NCBI GenBank assembly: GCA_907165135.1
Contig: OU015566.1
Coordinates: 5,084,001-5,148,000 of the forward strand
Direction of reading: 5' to 3'
DNA: 64,000 bases
Origin: Oikopleura dioica
Lineage: Eukaryota; Animalia; Chordata
Shown: piece by piece, positions 35,819 to 48,082 of the stretch
Layout of the letters: every line of letters begins with the position of its first letter
How positions within the stretch are numbered: position 1 is the first letter of the stretch
Position numbers and translations under genes: made by a program
Notes under the pieces: model-generated
Database searches by the model: none
What the model was told of the DNA's origin: nothing
The model's input: the letters and a program-made list of their open reading frames with translations, nothing else

Positions 35819-37746
35819 CTAGCACTGATCGGAATTTTTGGCAGGAAGTAAAATCGCGTCTGTAATGACGATTTTCTTCTCTTCCGGGACGCAATGCTCG
35901 TAGAAGGCAATGTGAAAATCAGTCGAAGAAACAAGCGGGTCGCTGGACACCGATTTTTCGCCAAGAGTGTGATAAACTCCGCGTACAAAACTGCGGTTGT
36001 AGAGGTCCTCTGGGCTAAAAGTGGACAGTTGTAAAAAAGGAAAGAATAGATGAGATTTTTAATTACCTGAACGAATTATTCCGTTCATGTCTTACGGATT
36101 CCTGCTTCTTCATCGATTCAGTCAGCTCTGGTTTCCAGCATTTGTTCATCACCGTCATTTTTTTGTTCATCGGCTTCATCTTGTTTATCGCTTCTCGAAC
36201 TTTCGCCCGTTCCGCAACAGTCACAAGAACTGGCAACATTCCACGGTGTTTTCGATTCTGAAGATCCAGAATTCCGTCACTTGTGTAGCTTGAGCGGCAG
36301 AAAGAAACTTCAGAGTCTTTTCTTAGTCGAGAATCGGCTTCTTCGGAGTCAGAAACAACTCCTTGGACGTCAGAGTTACGCGGCTCGTCTTCAGGCAGAT
36401 TGATTTTGTCGAAAGCTGTGGAGAAATGCACTCAAGAAGGGCGACATGGCTCAGTCGTTCAGGAAGAGCAGTGATGATCAAACTGTCTTTTTCATCAACA
36501 TATCTTGCATAAACTGCCCAGTGAGGAGTGTTGTTCATGTTCGATCTCGGCAGACCTCCGTCGCATGACCCTGCGGAATGCTCTTTATCATCATAGTCCT
36601 CGTCTGAATCGTAGTTTCCATCATACAGTTGATCCTCTTCATAATTGTCATAGTCAGTAACTGTACTTCTGGATTCCTTGTGATCGCGCTTTCGGATGCC
36701 GAGCATTTCGCAAAGAAACTCTTGAATCGGACACTTCATGTTTTCAACCGAATCAAGAACGAGAGAAAAATCTGATCGGATTTTTAACACTGCATGGAAT
36801 TGATGAAGGAGCTCTTCATTCCCAGGATTCGGCTGGTTTTTATCTTCAGTTGTTGATTCGAGGAGGGAGAAGCCGAAAAGGCGATGATTGCCGTGATACA
36901 ACATTTTTTCAATGTCGTGGGTATTGTTCATAAAGAAGACTCGATCCATTCGATTTTCGAATTCTTCGTCTAACGAGTAGTCGAGGTATTTCATCTTCAC
37001 TTCTTTTACCCCGCTTGTGTTCTCGAACCCAGCCGGCTTTGAGTTTTGCTTCAGGTCTTTGAAAGCAAAGGAGCTGTCCCAGGGCTTTTTCGCTCGACAC
37101 TGCGCCTTGATCAAATTATACGTCATTTCAAAAATGATCATTTGGTGATCCCGCGTCATTTGGATCTGCGCGATCTCCAGGAAGTTCTTTCCCTCACATC
37201 CGGGAGGACCTTTTGCGAGATTTCCCCGACGCGGCTCGACCCATACTTCTCTGGCGACGTGAAAAGTGGATATTTTGATGCCATTTCGGCGGTCTTCTTC
37301 TTCGTCGGCGAAGGATTTTCGCGGTAGTTCTATCGGAGGAAAGAGTACTATCTTTACCAAGGGTGACTTAATTTTCAAAAAAAGAGGGGCACAATCCATT
37401 TTCTTAGAACTCTATTATCAGTAAATTTTCCAACCCAAGTCCTGAATAATCCCAGTGTCTTCTCTATCATGAGTTTTTTGCTGCATTCGATCCGCTTTCC
37501 TCTCGAATTGTCCCTAATCAGCGAGAGTGATTGGTCCATCGTTGCCTGAGAACACGATTTTGAAGCCATTGTCGAGCCGGTCTTTGAATAAATCCATCAT
37601 GATATCATTCAGCGCGTTGATATGATGACATTTTACCTCCCAGACGAATCGTCGCTGATGAAGATACGAGAAAACCAGTAGAATTCGGATTCAGTCAGGA
37701 TTGACACTTGACTTGCTTCGGCTTCTCCATCTGGAATCTCTTTTCC
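35819..37746 (-). pseudogene. SZT2: Internal fragment of SZT2 (KICSTOR scaffold)
   Basis: RLDNGFKIVFSG, VWVEPRRG...EIAQIQMTRD, RSFVRGVYHTL resemble recalled SZT2 motifs; in-frame stops; only ~500 codons of a very large protein. Confidence 0.65.
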
Positions 37747-38311
37747 GATAACGATGTACAAGCAACCAGAGTAATTCAGCAACTTCAATGCTTTTGGCAA
37801 AAGACTGGCTAATAAAAGCTCTGTTCCATTATTTCCACCGCTCCATGAAGCACTCAGATCTTGCTCTTTTTGTGATTTGTGGAGCTCCTCACTGGTTGTC
37901 ACGACATACGGAGGGTTTAGCAAAACAAAATCGAATAGACCTGTACGAAGGCATCTACCCGCGTTGTCAACAGCGATGTCTACAAGTGAATTGTTCTTCT
38001 TTTCATTTTTACTCGTGCATTCGGAACATAACTCGTTAATGTCAAAAGAAAGAACGTAGCTTTTTGTCCAACTCGCGAAGGCACATGAAATGACCCCGAT
38101 CCGGAACCGATTTCAACTGCTAGACCAGGCTTTTCTATGGAAATAATCAACAAGCGCTACAAAACATGCTTCAGTATCTGACTTCTTTGCCTAAACATTT
38201 ATCCTGAAGTTCCTTTTCAATGCCATCAAGAAAGACAAACGAATCCTCAGAAGGCTCATACACAGAATCGGTATAATCATACCATGCTGAATAATCTGGC
38301 GTTGGACGCAT
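37747..38311 (-). pseudogene. N6AMT1: HemK2/N6AMT1 methyltransferase, frameshifted and C-terminally truncated
   Basis: MRPTPDY...VYEPSEDSF, VEIGSGSG, LNPPYV, WSGG motifs; two frameshifts. Confidence 0.85.
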
Positions 38312-38380
38312 TCTTAATTTTACGATGTCAGTTTTATTGAAATTTATAATTTGGCAGTATTTTAACTAAAATTTATTTTT

Positions 38381-41300
38381 TTATAATTTATTTTTATTAA
38401 AGCGGTGCGTCTTCTGATGCTGGTTGAGCGACCATCTGTCGTGGAAGACCTCTTCGCAGTAGCGACATTGCATGGGAACCTAAACGAAACGGCGATAAAC
38501 AAAACAATAAGAACGAGAACCGGTGTTACCTCTTGATAAGAATGTTGCTTGCGCATGTGAACATTCAAGTCGGACTTTCGGCCCAACATCGTGTGGCAAA
38601 TTTCACATTCGAACTTTGGTGCGGTCTTCGTGTGCTGCTGCATGACGTGCATTTTGAGACTGCCGTGCTGCGTAAATCGCGCCTTGCAGTGCGGACACTC
38701 GTTGGGCTTTCCGCCCGTGTGCGAAAACTTGTGCCGCTTGAGATGGGAGCTGTTTGCAAACGCTTTGCCGCAGATGTCGCAGCTGAACGGCCGCTCGCCC
38801 GTGTGAGATCTAAAAACTTTTATCCAGAGTTGGACTTCCCGAATAGAAAATAAATTTTCTATTTTGAACTGACCTCATATGGCGAGTAAGATTTGATTTT
38901 TGACGGAAGCGTATTCGCACTCTGGGCACTAGAAAATTATTTCATGAGCGCTAGAAGTTGAAGTGTGTTTACCTTGTAAGGCTTGACGCTTGAAGCTGGT
39001 TGGACTGACTCTTCACTGGCTGACTCGTCAGACTAAGGTAAAGTTAGAATACTTTTTCATGATTACAAATCGTTACCTCCTCTCGTTGATTCGAAGCAAT
39101 AGATTCTTGCCTCGGATTCAAGTTGTGGCTCATTCCGTCTCTCTTTCGTCTGGCTTTTACAGCATCAGCAATTGAAGTGCCTTTATCGTCCTTTCGTGCC
39201 GACCTTCTGGAGGAAACATCTGAAGAAGAGCCAGAAAACGCAGGCTCAGGCTGTTCGGAGGTTCCAGCGGTGACATTCAAAGATCGGTCAAATGTCTCGT
39301 ACTCAGGATTTGTCGTATCAGCAGCGTTTCTCTCGGAAGGAAGATTGGTAACGTTAGCAGTGTTGTCGAATGTGCCATACTCTGGATTCGTATCAACAGG
39401 AGTCTCTACTAGAGAGTCCCTACTGACTGGAGTAGCTGCTCGAGGCTTAAAAATTGGTCCAGTTGGTGGTGGAGGAGCAGGGCCTCTCGTAGCAGCGACC
39501 GGTGGTGGTGGCGGTGGTCGGATATTCGGTCGCGACGATGGTCTCACCGAGGCAGGATGAGGCTTCCGTGAGGAAGTTGCTCGTTGAATATCTGTTCCTG
39601 GACGACGAGCAATGGTGACATCCACAGCTGGCGTAAGAATCGTCGGCTTTGAAGCGCTTTTCTTAGGCGGTATATTTTCTTTCTCGTGCTTGCTCCTTTT
39701 CGCTGCGTGATCTTTCGCGCTTGCTTCGCCCCGCGCGTCCTTTTCAGGAGTCTGAAGCTTTCTCTTGTTTGAAGTGGGAAACATAAATTCGCGAACGTCC
39801 TCTCTGTCAATTGGCGCGGGTGGGGACTGATCATGTTCAGGCGATAGTGCTTGTCGATCCTCCGCAGATTCATCGAACAAAGCTTGCTGCGACCAGTTAT
39901 GAGCTGACTCCTGCTCTTCTCGTGGCTGCGAGCGTTCATGAGTTTGCGATTTTGAAGATTTAGTTTTTGAAGGTCCCGGTTTTTCTTTTGTAGGCTTTTC
40001 CGCTACTGGAAGACGCTTTTGAAACGGCTTGATGATCCTGGAACGAGCTTCGAAAAATTCACATTTGGTACTTTTGGCTCCCAAGAAATCGCTTTTTCAA
40101 ATTCTCGATTCAAGCTCGAATCTCGTGGTCGGTATGTTGTTGAAATGAAAGCTCTCGCGAATTCCAGACGTCGACTAATACCGCCAGCTTGTAATTTTCG
40201 AAGGGCTCTAGCCAAAGATTTATCCAACTCGTCGCGCGTTGGTTTTGCTCTCGATCTCGGAATTTTTCTGTAAACTCTTTTTTGCTGTTTAGCCTGATCT
40301 GATTGCCTCTTAATCTTCTTTGTTTCAGTATTCCTCGTCGGCGATTTGAGCTTCGCAAAGTAATCGTCATCTAAATCCTCGTCGAAAGTCTTCTGTGTTG
40401 CCGATGTTGACTCATGTCGATCTTGAGTTGCTTGTGCTGACTGTTGTGAGCCGAGAACAAGCGCTGAGTGGTTTAAAAGATCGCCCCATCGCTGAGTCTG
40501 GTTCATCTCTTCTTGCGACTTTTTTTCTGGAGACTCTTCGGCGCAAAAGTCCACCGGATCGTGAGTCCTTTTTTTTCTCCCTCCAGTCTTTCGTAGCGTC
40601 TTTCCAGAAACCTGTGACCAGGAATTGTTTCGTTGCGGACTCGGCGCTATAATTCGAGTATATTTTCAATATTTATTTGATCGCTTACTTGGTTGGTCGG
40701 GATCAAGATCTGAGGCCAGCTTCGCAAAGTAATCGTCATTTAAATCCTCGTCGAAAGTCTTCTGCGTGGCTGAGGCTTCCTCCAAGGTTGGAGAAGTGGG
40801 AGGCGTAAAATATTTTTCATTAGTCCCTTGTGACTCTTCTTGAGGTTGAAGTTGAGTTGCTGATGTTGACTCTTGTCGAGCTTGAGTTGCTTGGGTTGAC
40901 TGTTGTGAGTCGAGAGCAAGCGCTGTGTGGTTTAAAAGATCGCCCACTCGCTGGGTCTGGTTTATCCCTTCTTGTGACTTCTTCTTTCTTTCTTCTTGAG
41001 ACTTCCCGGCGCATAAGTTCAGCGCATCGTGAGTTCTCCTTTTTCTCCCTTCAGTCTCTCGTAGCGTCTCTCCAGAAACCTGCGACCAGGAATCTTTTAA
41101 TTCGACCTTTTTTGATCTCACCGTCGTGTCTCCTGAGGACGCCATGATTATCTCCGGGGACTCCATCGGTTCTTCTTCCTGATTTTCATTGAAGAGGCTT
41201 CGCCGAAGCTTTCTCGAGGGCTGAGGAGGTGTTGCGGGTGCTGATTGATCAGCCTTACTCGGCGTTTTCGGTAGACTCTTTTCAGGCGTTTCATAGACGG

Positions 41301-41996
41301 AGGAGCCTTGAGAGGAGTTCGCTTCCTTTTCTTCTTGCTGGGAAATCTCCGTAGTATCCATTGGCTGCAGCTCATCATTGAAAAGTTCTCCGCTGACGGA
41401 GAGGGAGATCTCTGGATCCGAAGGCACCTCATCATCGAAAAGTTCTCCGCTGACGGAGAGGGAGATCTCTGGATCCGAAGGCACCTCATCATTGAGTAGT
41501 TCTTCTTGACTAGTTCTTTGCAAAAACTCAGCAGCTCGCTCCATCATCTCATATCGGCTCAGTTGAGAAGGTTGAGTTTCCTGAGTTTCCCGGCCATCGG
41601 TGCTCTTCTGAGATTGGAGAAGCTCCGCTAACGGTATTCGAGGGGAATCTCAGTTGATTCCTTTGGAGAACTTGTCTTTCGTTGGGGAATCGGCGCTATA
41701 ATTCGAGTTTATTTTCAATATTTATTTGATCGCTTACTTGGCTCGTCGGGATCAAGATTTGAGGCCACCTTTGAGTTGGATGATTTGTTAGAAGTCTTCT
41801 CCGGCGATTTGAAGTGGGGTGAAGGCTGCGAAAACTCAGCAGCGCGTTCCAGCGGGGGGATATCTACGCGGAATTGCATGAAAATACGTCAACTGGCTTT
41901 AATTTTACCTATTTCTGAAGATTCACCCTCGTCAATGACACGCTCTCTCGAATTATCATCCGACGAAGGGGATTCATCACTCTGTTTTAGTTTCAT
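38381..41996 (-). CDS. CTCF-like C2H2 protein: long disordered N-terminus plus five fingers (CTCF ZF4-8 equivalents); three frameshifts
   Basis: CKARFTQHGSLKMHVMQQH, GRKSDLNVHMRKQHSY, CRYCEEVFHDRWSLNQHQKTH match CTCF ZF6-8; linked by GT-AG introns to ORFs 39044-40084, 40003-40554 and 40666-41547. Confidence 0.7.
41370..41492. repeat. 57-bp coding tandem repeat (DEVPSDPEISLSVSGELFD), plus larger duplication 40380-40730 versus 40745-41100 and 41690-41770
   Basis: Direct repeats visible, including near-identical 42-bp introns at ~40648-40690 and ~41698-41740. Confidence 0.85.
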
Positions 41997-42303
41997 TTTC
42001 AATCCGATAGCGCACTGTCTGAAGAAAATAATATGGGATCCTTTCTCCCATATTTTATTTCAATTTTCTTCCATAAATATCTTCCATAAATCAATGATTT
42101 ATAGTACTAAGATAAAAATGGCCTACGGTGTGTAATTTTTCAATGTATCTTCTTGGGAAATTGCAGCTAAATTTAAACAGGCCGTGTTTTACATGTAGAA
42201 GTGCAGAAGTAACAAGTAAGCGCGGTATGAATGCACAAAATCGAAAAAGGGAGTTTTTGTTTAAAATTTTCATGTTTTTCAATTGGTTTATTCAACCTTT
42301 GAA

Positions 42304-43755
42304 CTATCGGAAACAATAGCGAAGATATGGAACGTCTTGATCTTCTTCGGCTTCTGTCATGTCATTACAGCAGACGTCGAGCACGAGGTATCGCTCGTGC
42401 GCGCCGATTTCTTTTTTGTCGACTGTTTTCACTGCCTCACTAGAAAGAATGAGCATTTAGCTGCAGTAACAAGTGTAGAGAGCTTACCTGACAGTCATGG
42501 CAAGTCGGTCCTGCTTCTTCTTCGGCGGGTTGAGGAAGAAGGAGTAGAGAAGTGTCACTCCAGAGCTCAGCATCTGGACCTCAAGCTTCCTATCATTCTT
42601 GAAATGGTCGAGGAGCTCGCCAATTGTCATCTCTCCGCCATTTTCTTTTCGTCCGTCGATGTCAAATCGATCCCAGAGGGTCCAGTGCTGGTCTCCAAAA
42701 TAAGTGTTCTAAAACTGTTTTGTATAAAAGAGCCATACTTTCAGTTTCACCTTTGGTGGAGTCATGGGCTCGGAGAAGGAATACGCTGGAATCGCGAGAT
42801 TCATGAACGTATTTCGATAGTTTTCAATGTCGTCGATTCCGTTGACGATCTTGTAAAGCTCGGCAGAGATTAGACCGGCGACGAGGGCGGTGAAGAAGCT
42901 GGAGACTGGTGGTGACGTAGTTCTCTTCGAATCTGTGGCGCGCCCATTCGATGCAGTCATTGAAGTCATTTGGTTTTTGGTCGATGAGGAAGTCAACGAG
43001 TTGACTCAACGACTCCCTGGGCAGAGGTGATTGGCTCGTTGCCGGGCAGCTTCTCAGTTTTTGCGACAAGTCGGCGGGATCGGAAAGGAACTGTTTCGCA
43101 GAGCCTGCCTGTCCAGTAAAGAGTCCTTCAAAGTTATCTCGCGCCCACTAAAAAAGGTCATACTTTGACCAAAATAGGCTCAAAAGCAGGGTGGCTATTT
43201 TGGACAAAATTTTGGGGTCTGGCCATCCAATTTCCATCCAATAAATTTTGAGTCGTAACTATCCATCCAAAATCCAACCCAATCCAATTATTACCCAATT
43301 CCCCAAAAATCCCCAATTCCAATTAGATCCAATTGGATTTCCAATTTTTCCAAGGCTTTTAGTACTTTGAAAAGAACGGAAACAGTAAGTTTTTATCCGA
43401 AAAGAGGATCAACATAGCCAAAACAATGATTTTTATCCGAAATTGTTCATTTTTATCATGAAAATGACCCTGCTTTGCATAGTTTAGCGAGATATTTTTA
43501 TTGGATCCAATTTCCCAATTTCCCCAATTGCCCAATTTTCCCCAACAAAATCCGGTACCCTGGCCATCCAAATTCCATCCAAACCTTATTGGATTGGATC
43601 CAATCCAATTCCAACTAACCCCCAAATCCAAAATAGCCACCCTGCTCAAAAGGTACCTGAAGGCAATGCTCGATGGCATTTGGGAAATTTTTCAAAGTAC
43701 AGATGGGAATGGATTTCTCTTGTGCATCGCGGGAAGAGCCGTAGGACTCGGAGAC
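42304..43755 (-). pseudogene. UBA1: Ubiquitin-activating enzyme E1 fragment, 5' half missing, internal deletion
   Basis: [31 protein letters not shown] catalytic Cys motif; QLLH joined out of frame to TALVAGLISAELYK; UFD WTLWDRF...YSFF. Confidence 0.9.
43187..43644. mobile_element. hAT-type MITE, family A, in a UBA1 intron
   Basis: Same TIR as 16074-16536 in opposite orientation; 8-bp TSD CTCAAAAG. Confidence 0.92.
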
Positions 43756-44218
43756 CTTGCCATCCTTGCCATCAGTAGGGGTCCAGTCGTACTCGGTGAA
43801 GTTGGTCATGTAGGAGACATCCTTTTCGTGCTCGGCGGGGTGCATTTTGGTGGGGATGTATCGGTACTTGCCATCGACGATGATGATGTTATCTTGACGA
43901 TTTTGTCAGTTGGTGCCAGCTCAAACACGAAGCGTACCCATCTGGAAGTGAGAGGCAGACATGTGGAACTTGGAGTAAAGGAAGTCAGCTCGAGCGAGTC
44001 GATCAAAGGCCCAGAAGAAGAAAATGGCGCCGGCAGCGAGGAAAGCTTCACCAGAGAGCTTGGCAGAGCCCCAGTAGACCTTCTTTGGTGGGACTTGGTT
44101 GAACTTGTTCTACAAGCGCAGATCAGTAACTCCTTTTTCTAAAGCGAGTTACCTGGAAAGAGCCAGATCGGAAGTTTCTGACGGAGACGATCTGTCGAGC
44201 GAGAGTTCTGTTCAACAT
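43756..44218 (-). CDS. Small putative mitochondrial single-TM protein, joined in frame to the UBA1 fragment
   Basis: Arg-rich acid-free [21 protein letters not shown]; [16 protein letters not shown]; two short GT-AG introns. Confidence 0.5.
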
Positions 44219-44383
44219 CTTCTGAACAAGCGAAATCAGTTTAGCGACGCTATTGAATTAACGGAGCGCACACAACATGTTTGAAGATTGCACAAATTCG
44301 AAATAATCTAAGAAAGTAAAGCTCGGTGTGAGACATTTTGGGAAGGAAAGGGTAGAAATAGTAGCGCCATTGTTCAATTCGTG

Positions 44384-45111
44384 TCATTTCGCCTCTATAC
44401 TAGCATCTTGGTGCTCGGTTTGCGCGTCCACAAGCATAATCACTTCTTGCAGAGATCTGTTTGTCCAGTCGTTCGTGAAGTTATCGAGGTAGCAGTCAAA
44501 GTCCTAGAAGTTGCCATGCGTGCGCAAAATAATAGAAGTTCTTACTTGAAGTTCGAGGCAGAAGTCGGCTTTATGCAGCTGAGCGACGGTCTTGAAAACG
44601 TTTTCGTTCTCAAAGCTGAGCTTGTTTGAAGAGTACACCCACTTTCCAGACTAAATGCAAATCAATGAACACAGATTCTAGAAGAATCTATAAAATTTCG
44701 CACCTCTTTGACAAACGGTCTCATGGCGAACTTGGAGTCTTCTTGCCAAATGTTGTGGAGAAGGAAGGCGTCCTTGAATTGCTCCCGGAGCTTGTCGCCG
44801 ACCTTCTCCGCGTACTGCGATGGCGTGGCGCTCTTGACGATTTCGGGCGACTCGTAGTAGCCAGCGATGGCCAGATTGTTCCGCTCGCAGTAGTCTTCTA
44901 CCGTTCTCATCGCTACTTGGAACATTGGCTTCAGCGAAATGCCCTGACAATTCAGATCACAACTGCGCAACAAAAGTTATACTCACCTGGTGGAAAAGAG
45001 GAATACACTCGGATATATAAGTTTCTTTCTCGATGTCGCAGTCCATCAGTAAAACACCATTTTACTGATCATTTTGTTTTGCATATATAAAAGCACTACA
45101 CTATCAAACAT
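44384..45111 (-). pseudogene. EMC8: ER membrane complex subunit 8/9; 5' end damaged
   Basis: NGVLL...ECIPLFH, LKPMFQVAM, IAGYY, AEKVGDKL, DFDCYLDNFTNDWTN; frameshift at an A4 run near 45060. Confidence 0.8.
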
Positions 45112-47333
45112 TTTTTATAGAGAGATGCGCTTTAACGTACCGATGGGTGGCTTCTCCAGCGAAAAATAATCGATCGGAAGCTGGTTCCGCCATTTTGTCG
45201 TAGTCTTTTCCGGTTGAACCGAAGTTGATAAAAGAATAACTCATATCATATGAGTCATTTGGGAGTATTCTGCTTTTCCCCAGCGTGTTATGTGGAAGCT
45301 CAGGGGCTCTGGGCTCGTGATTTCTTTGAAGATTTCATTTTTAAGAGTCACAAAATGGCGACAATTCAAGTAAAAAGCGTCGCCATCGCACTAGAAACGA
45401 GCTGTTTATCTAGGCTCGTCATCCTGTACTGAAAAAAATACTGTACAGTCTACTGTTTCCTGTTTTTTAACTACTGTACTGTTAACTGTCTGAATTTTCG
45501 ACGAAAAATTTCAAACTGTGTACAGTACTGTTTGCAGTAAACAGTTAACTGCGCGAATTTCAGGGAATACGAACTGTAAACAGTAACAGTACTGTGAGAG
45601 AAAACAGGTTTTTTCAAAAAATGCAGTTTTTTACTTAAAACTACTTCATTTTTTAGCTTTTTGGGCCTTTATGGCGAAATTAGGAGAGACCACTTCGAAA
45701 ATACTGTCAACAGTATACTGTTTACAGCTACTGTTTACAGTATTTGCTTACTGTTTTACTGTAAAACAGTGACAGTACTGTTACTGTAAAAACAGTACTG
45801 TTACTGTATAGTACTGCCTGTACTGTTTACTGTTTGAAAATCAGCCCTCCTCCGAAAAAACCTGTTACTGTTACTGTTACTGTATACAGGATGACGAGCC
45901 TAGCTGTTTATCACTCATCGAATGATAAATATCAAACGAAGCTCCAGCTGCGATCGAATTGAGCGTAAAATGATCACTCTCAGGCGATGGAATATCGAAG
46001 AACACATTAAAAATCCCCGACGTATCGTGTTCATCATCAGCGTCGACGCCTGAGTCGGAGCCAGAAACGCTGATGGAGCCAAAGAAATCAGCGCCACCGA
46101 TCTCGTAACTCCACCATTTTGAATCGAAGCGGAGGAGGCATTTTTCTATCAGACCGGCACCGATGTTTTCTACAGCGCGCCATTTTCGCGGAGATAAGTC
46201 GGGGGTGAAATTGATGATTTTCTTTTTCATGAGGGCGAGTGGGATTCACACGACGCATCTTTGAAATGGATACAGAAGTCTTATTTCAACCTATTTTACA
46301 AAATTGGTCAGCCACTTGCGGCTTCAAGATCTATTATTTATCTGTATCCGATCCTATTCGCCTCAATTTTCTCCCCATGAGTCGTCTCGAGCAGTTTCAT
46401 TTCTGTTTTTGAGTATCTTTCCGCGCTATGGCTGACGTATTCTTTGTGAGCGAGGTTAATCGCGTCGATGAGTGGAATGTCCTCTTTCTTGTCCAATCTC
46501 CAGTCGGATAAAATGTCCAAAATCGTGTTGAAATGATGCTCCATTCTCAAGTCTGGTCCACAGGATGTGGACATCGTGTTAGATTTGACGACTGATGGTG
46601 ATGATAGGGTTGTTTTGGCGGCCGTTGATGACCATTGCTCCTGCTGCTACCTAATAATGGACGATAAGTGAGCTTTTTTCGCTCAAACGAACCTTAGGTG
46701 CCCAAACATGAACTCGTCCTCCTATCCTCTTCCTCGCCTCTTGAATCTTCACATTGAATCAAAAGTTATGAAGCTGTCTGGCTGAAGAAATTCCTGATGG
46801 TCAGGCTCCAATTACAACAATCGTTTCTCGTTTCTCCAGCGGAATGTTTTTGAGAACCAACGGCCTGGGTATGTCCTCAAAGATGCCAAAGTTGATAATG
46901 CCCTTTATCGTAAGAAATTCTATTATAAGATTGAATAGTTCTGGCAGAGCGGAGCGAATGTATCCTCTTGTAATCGCATTTTGCATGCAGCTCTCTGGAG
47001 TAACCAAAATCGTCGGAGAATTAGACCACATCGAAACGACGAGATTTCTCACCGCTAGAATAATCTCTGCGCGGCGGGTGGAAAGGTTTGGTAGTGCGCA
47101 ACTTCATCAGGTTCGAAGGAATCGGGCTCGAGCGTCAAATCCACCAGGCTGGTAAAACGGACGACGATTGCGAAGACTAAAACAGCTGTTTTTCGAGTTG
47201 GAATTTCTGGGCTTGCGAGAGGGGAAGAAACGGTTGCGCTAGATTTTTCGAGGAGTCTTTCCTTGGCGTTCCTTTCTCGTCGTTGTTGTCGATTAGCTCG
47301 CGATCCCCTCCATTTCAGCCCTGAAGAAGTCAT
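45106..47333 (-). pseudogene. KDM1B: Lysine demethylase LSD2
   Basis: SWIRM-like segment, VVIGA*PSG..ARQLHNF*, RIGGRV, GAGLIEK...GADFFG, LFFAGEATHR; stops at 46801 and 46759; frameshift, deletion and MITE insertion. Confidence 0.85.
45410..45903. mobile_element. MITE, family D (TACTGT/ACAGTA arrays), in a KDM1B exon
   Basis: 19-bp TIR CTAGGCTCGTCATCCTGTA; TSD CTGTTTAT (8 bp; 10 bp GCTGTTTATC if the ends are shifted by one). Confidence 0.88.
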
Positions 47334-47782
47334 TCACGAGATTAGCCACGCTCATCTTAGCCGCTCATCAGACAAATGGCCGATTGGGCCTTATTCTAAA
47401 GATCGCTTCAGTTAGCTTGCTACAGTAATTTCACATTCAATCGAGTGCAGATCAAAAATAATCAGTGAAGAAAACCCCTTCTTTTTATTTCTTGTTCTCT
47501 AGTTCTCTGTTTTCTTCATTTTCATCCCTTAGCACCATTTTTCGGCTTTTCTCTTTTTTCTCGCTTTTGGAATCTCCGCGCGCGCTGATTGGTCCGCGCG
47601 CGGAGCGAAACAAATTTGTTTCGAATTCAAATTTGAATCACGGAGATTTCTGAAATTCTTGAATGGAGGTCGATTCTAGCGCTAGGAATGCAGAATTAGA
47701 AAAGAGAGAGGAAGAAAAAAGGGAAGAATGATGAGAGAAGTATTTCGAAGAATATTTTAGCCGGCGAAAAGCGCGAAAACAA

Positions 47783-48082
47783 ATGCCAAATTTGGAAGAA
47801 TTCGGCGAAGATGAAGATGACGACGAGTGTGAAGTTGTTCAGGAAACGCACTGCCGTTTTGAATTTCCCTACTGCCCTGTCAAGGTACAGTTATGAACTG
47901 ATCTTCTAGTCGTCTTAAATTGATAAATTTTAGCTTTAGGAAGCAGAGAAAAGCAAGTCAACATAATTTTTTGCAAAGGAAACTACGAAAGCACGCTCGG
48001 GACGACGATCTTTTTCGACGGCAACAGCAAGGCGCAGAGCATGGTCGGCCACGAAATCGGAAAACAGAAAGAAAAATGCTGA
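47783..48082 (+). pseudogene. TFIIIC subunit 6-like fragment
   Basis: Acidic N-terminus then KGNYESTLGTTIFF, resembling recalled GEYEDTLGTCVIF; frame not continuous. Confidence 0.45.

Noticed and set aside
46759-46803. Two TGA codons at Gly positions in KDM1B (and TGA at 57604) suggesting stop-codon reassignment
   Set aside because: The same genes also carry TAA/TAG stops, frameshifts and deletions, and intact genes here end in TGA
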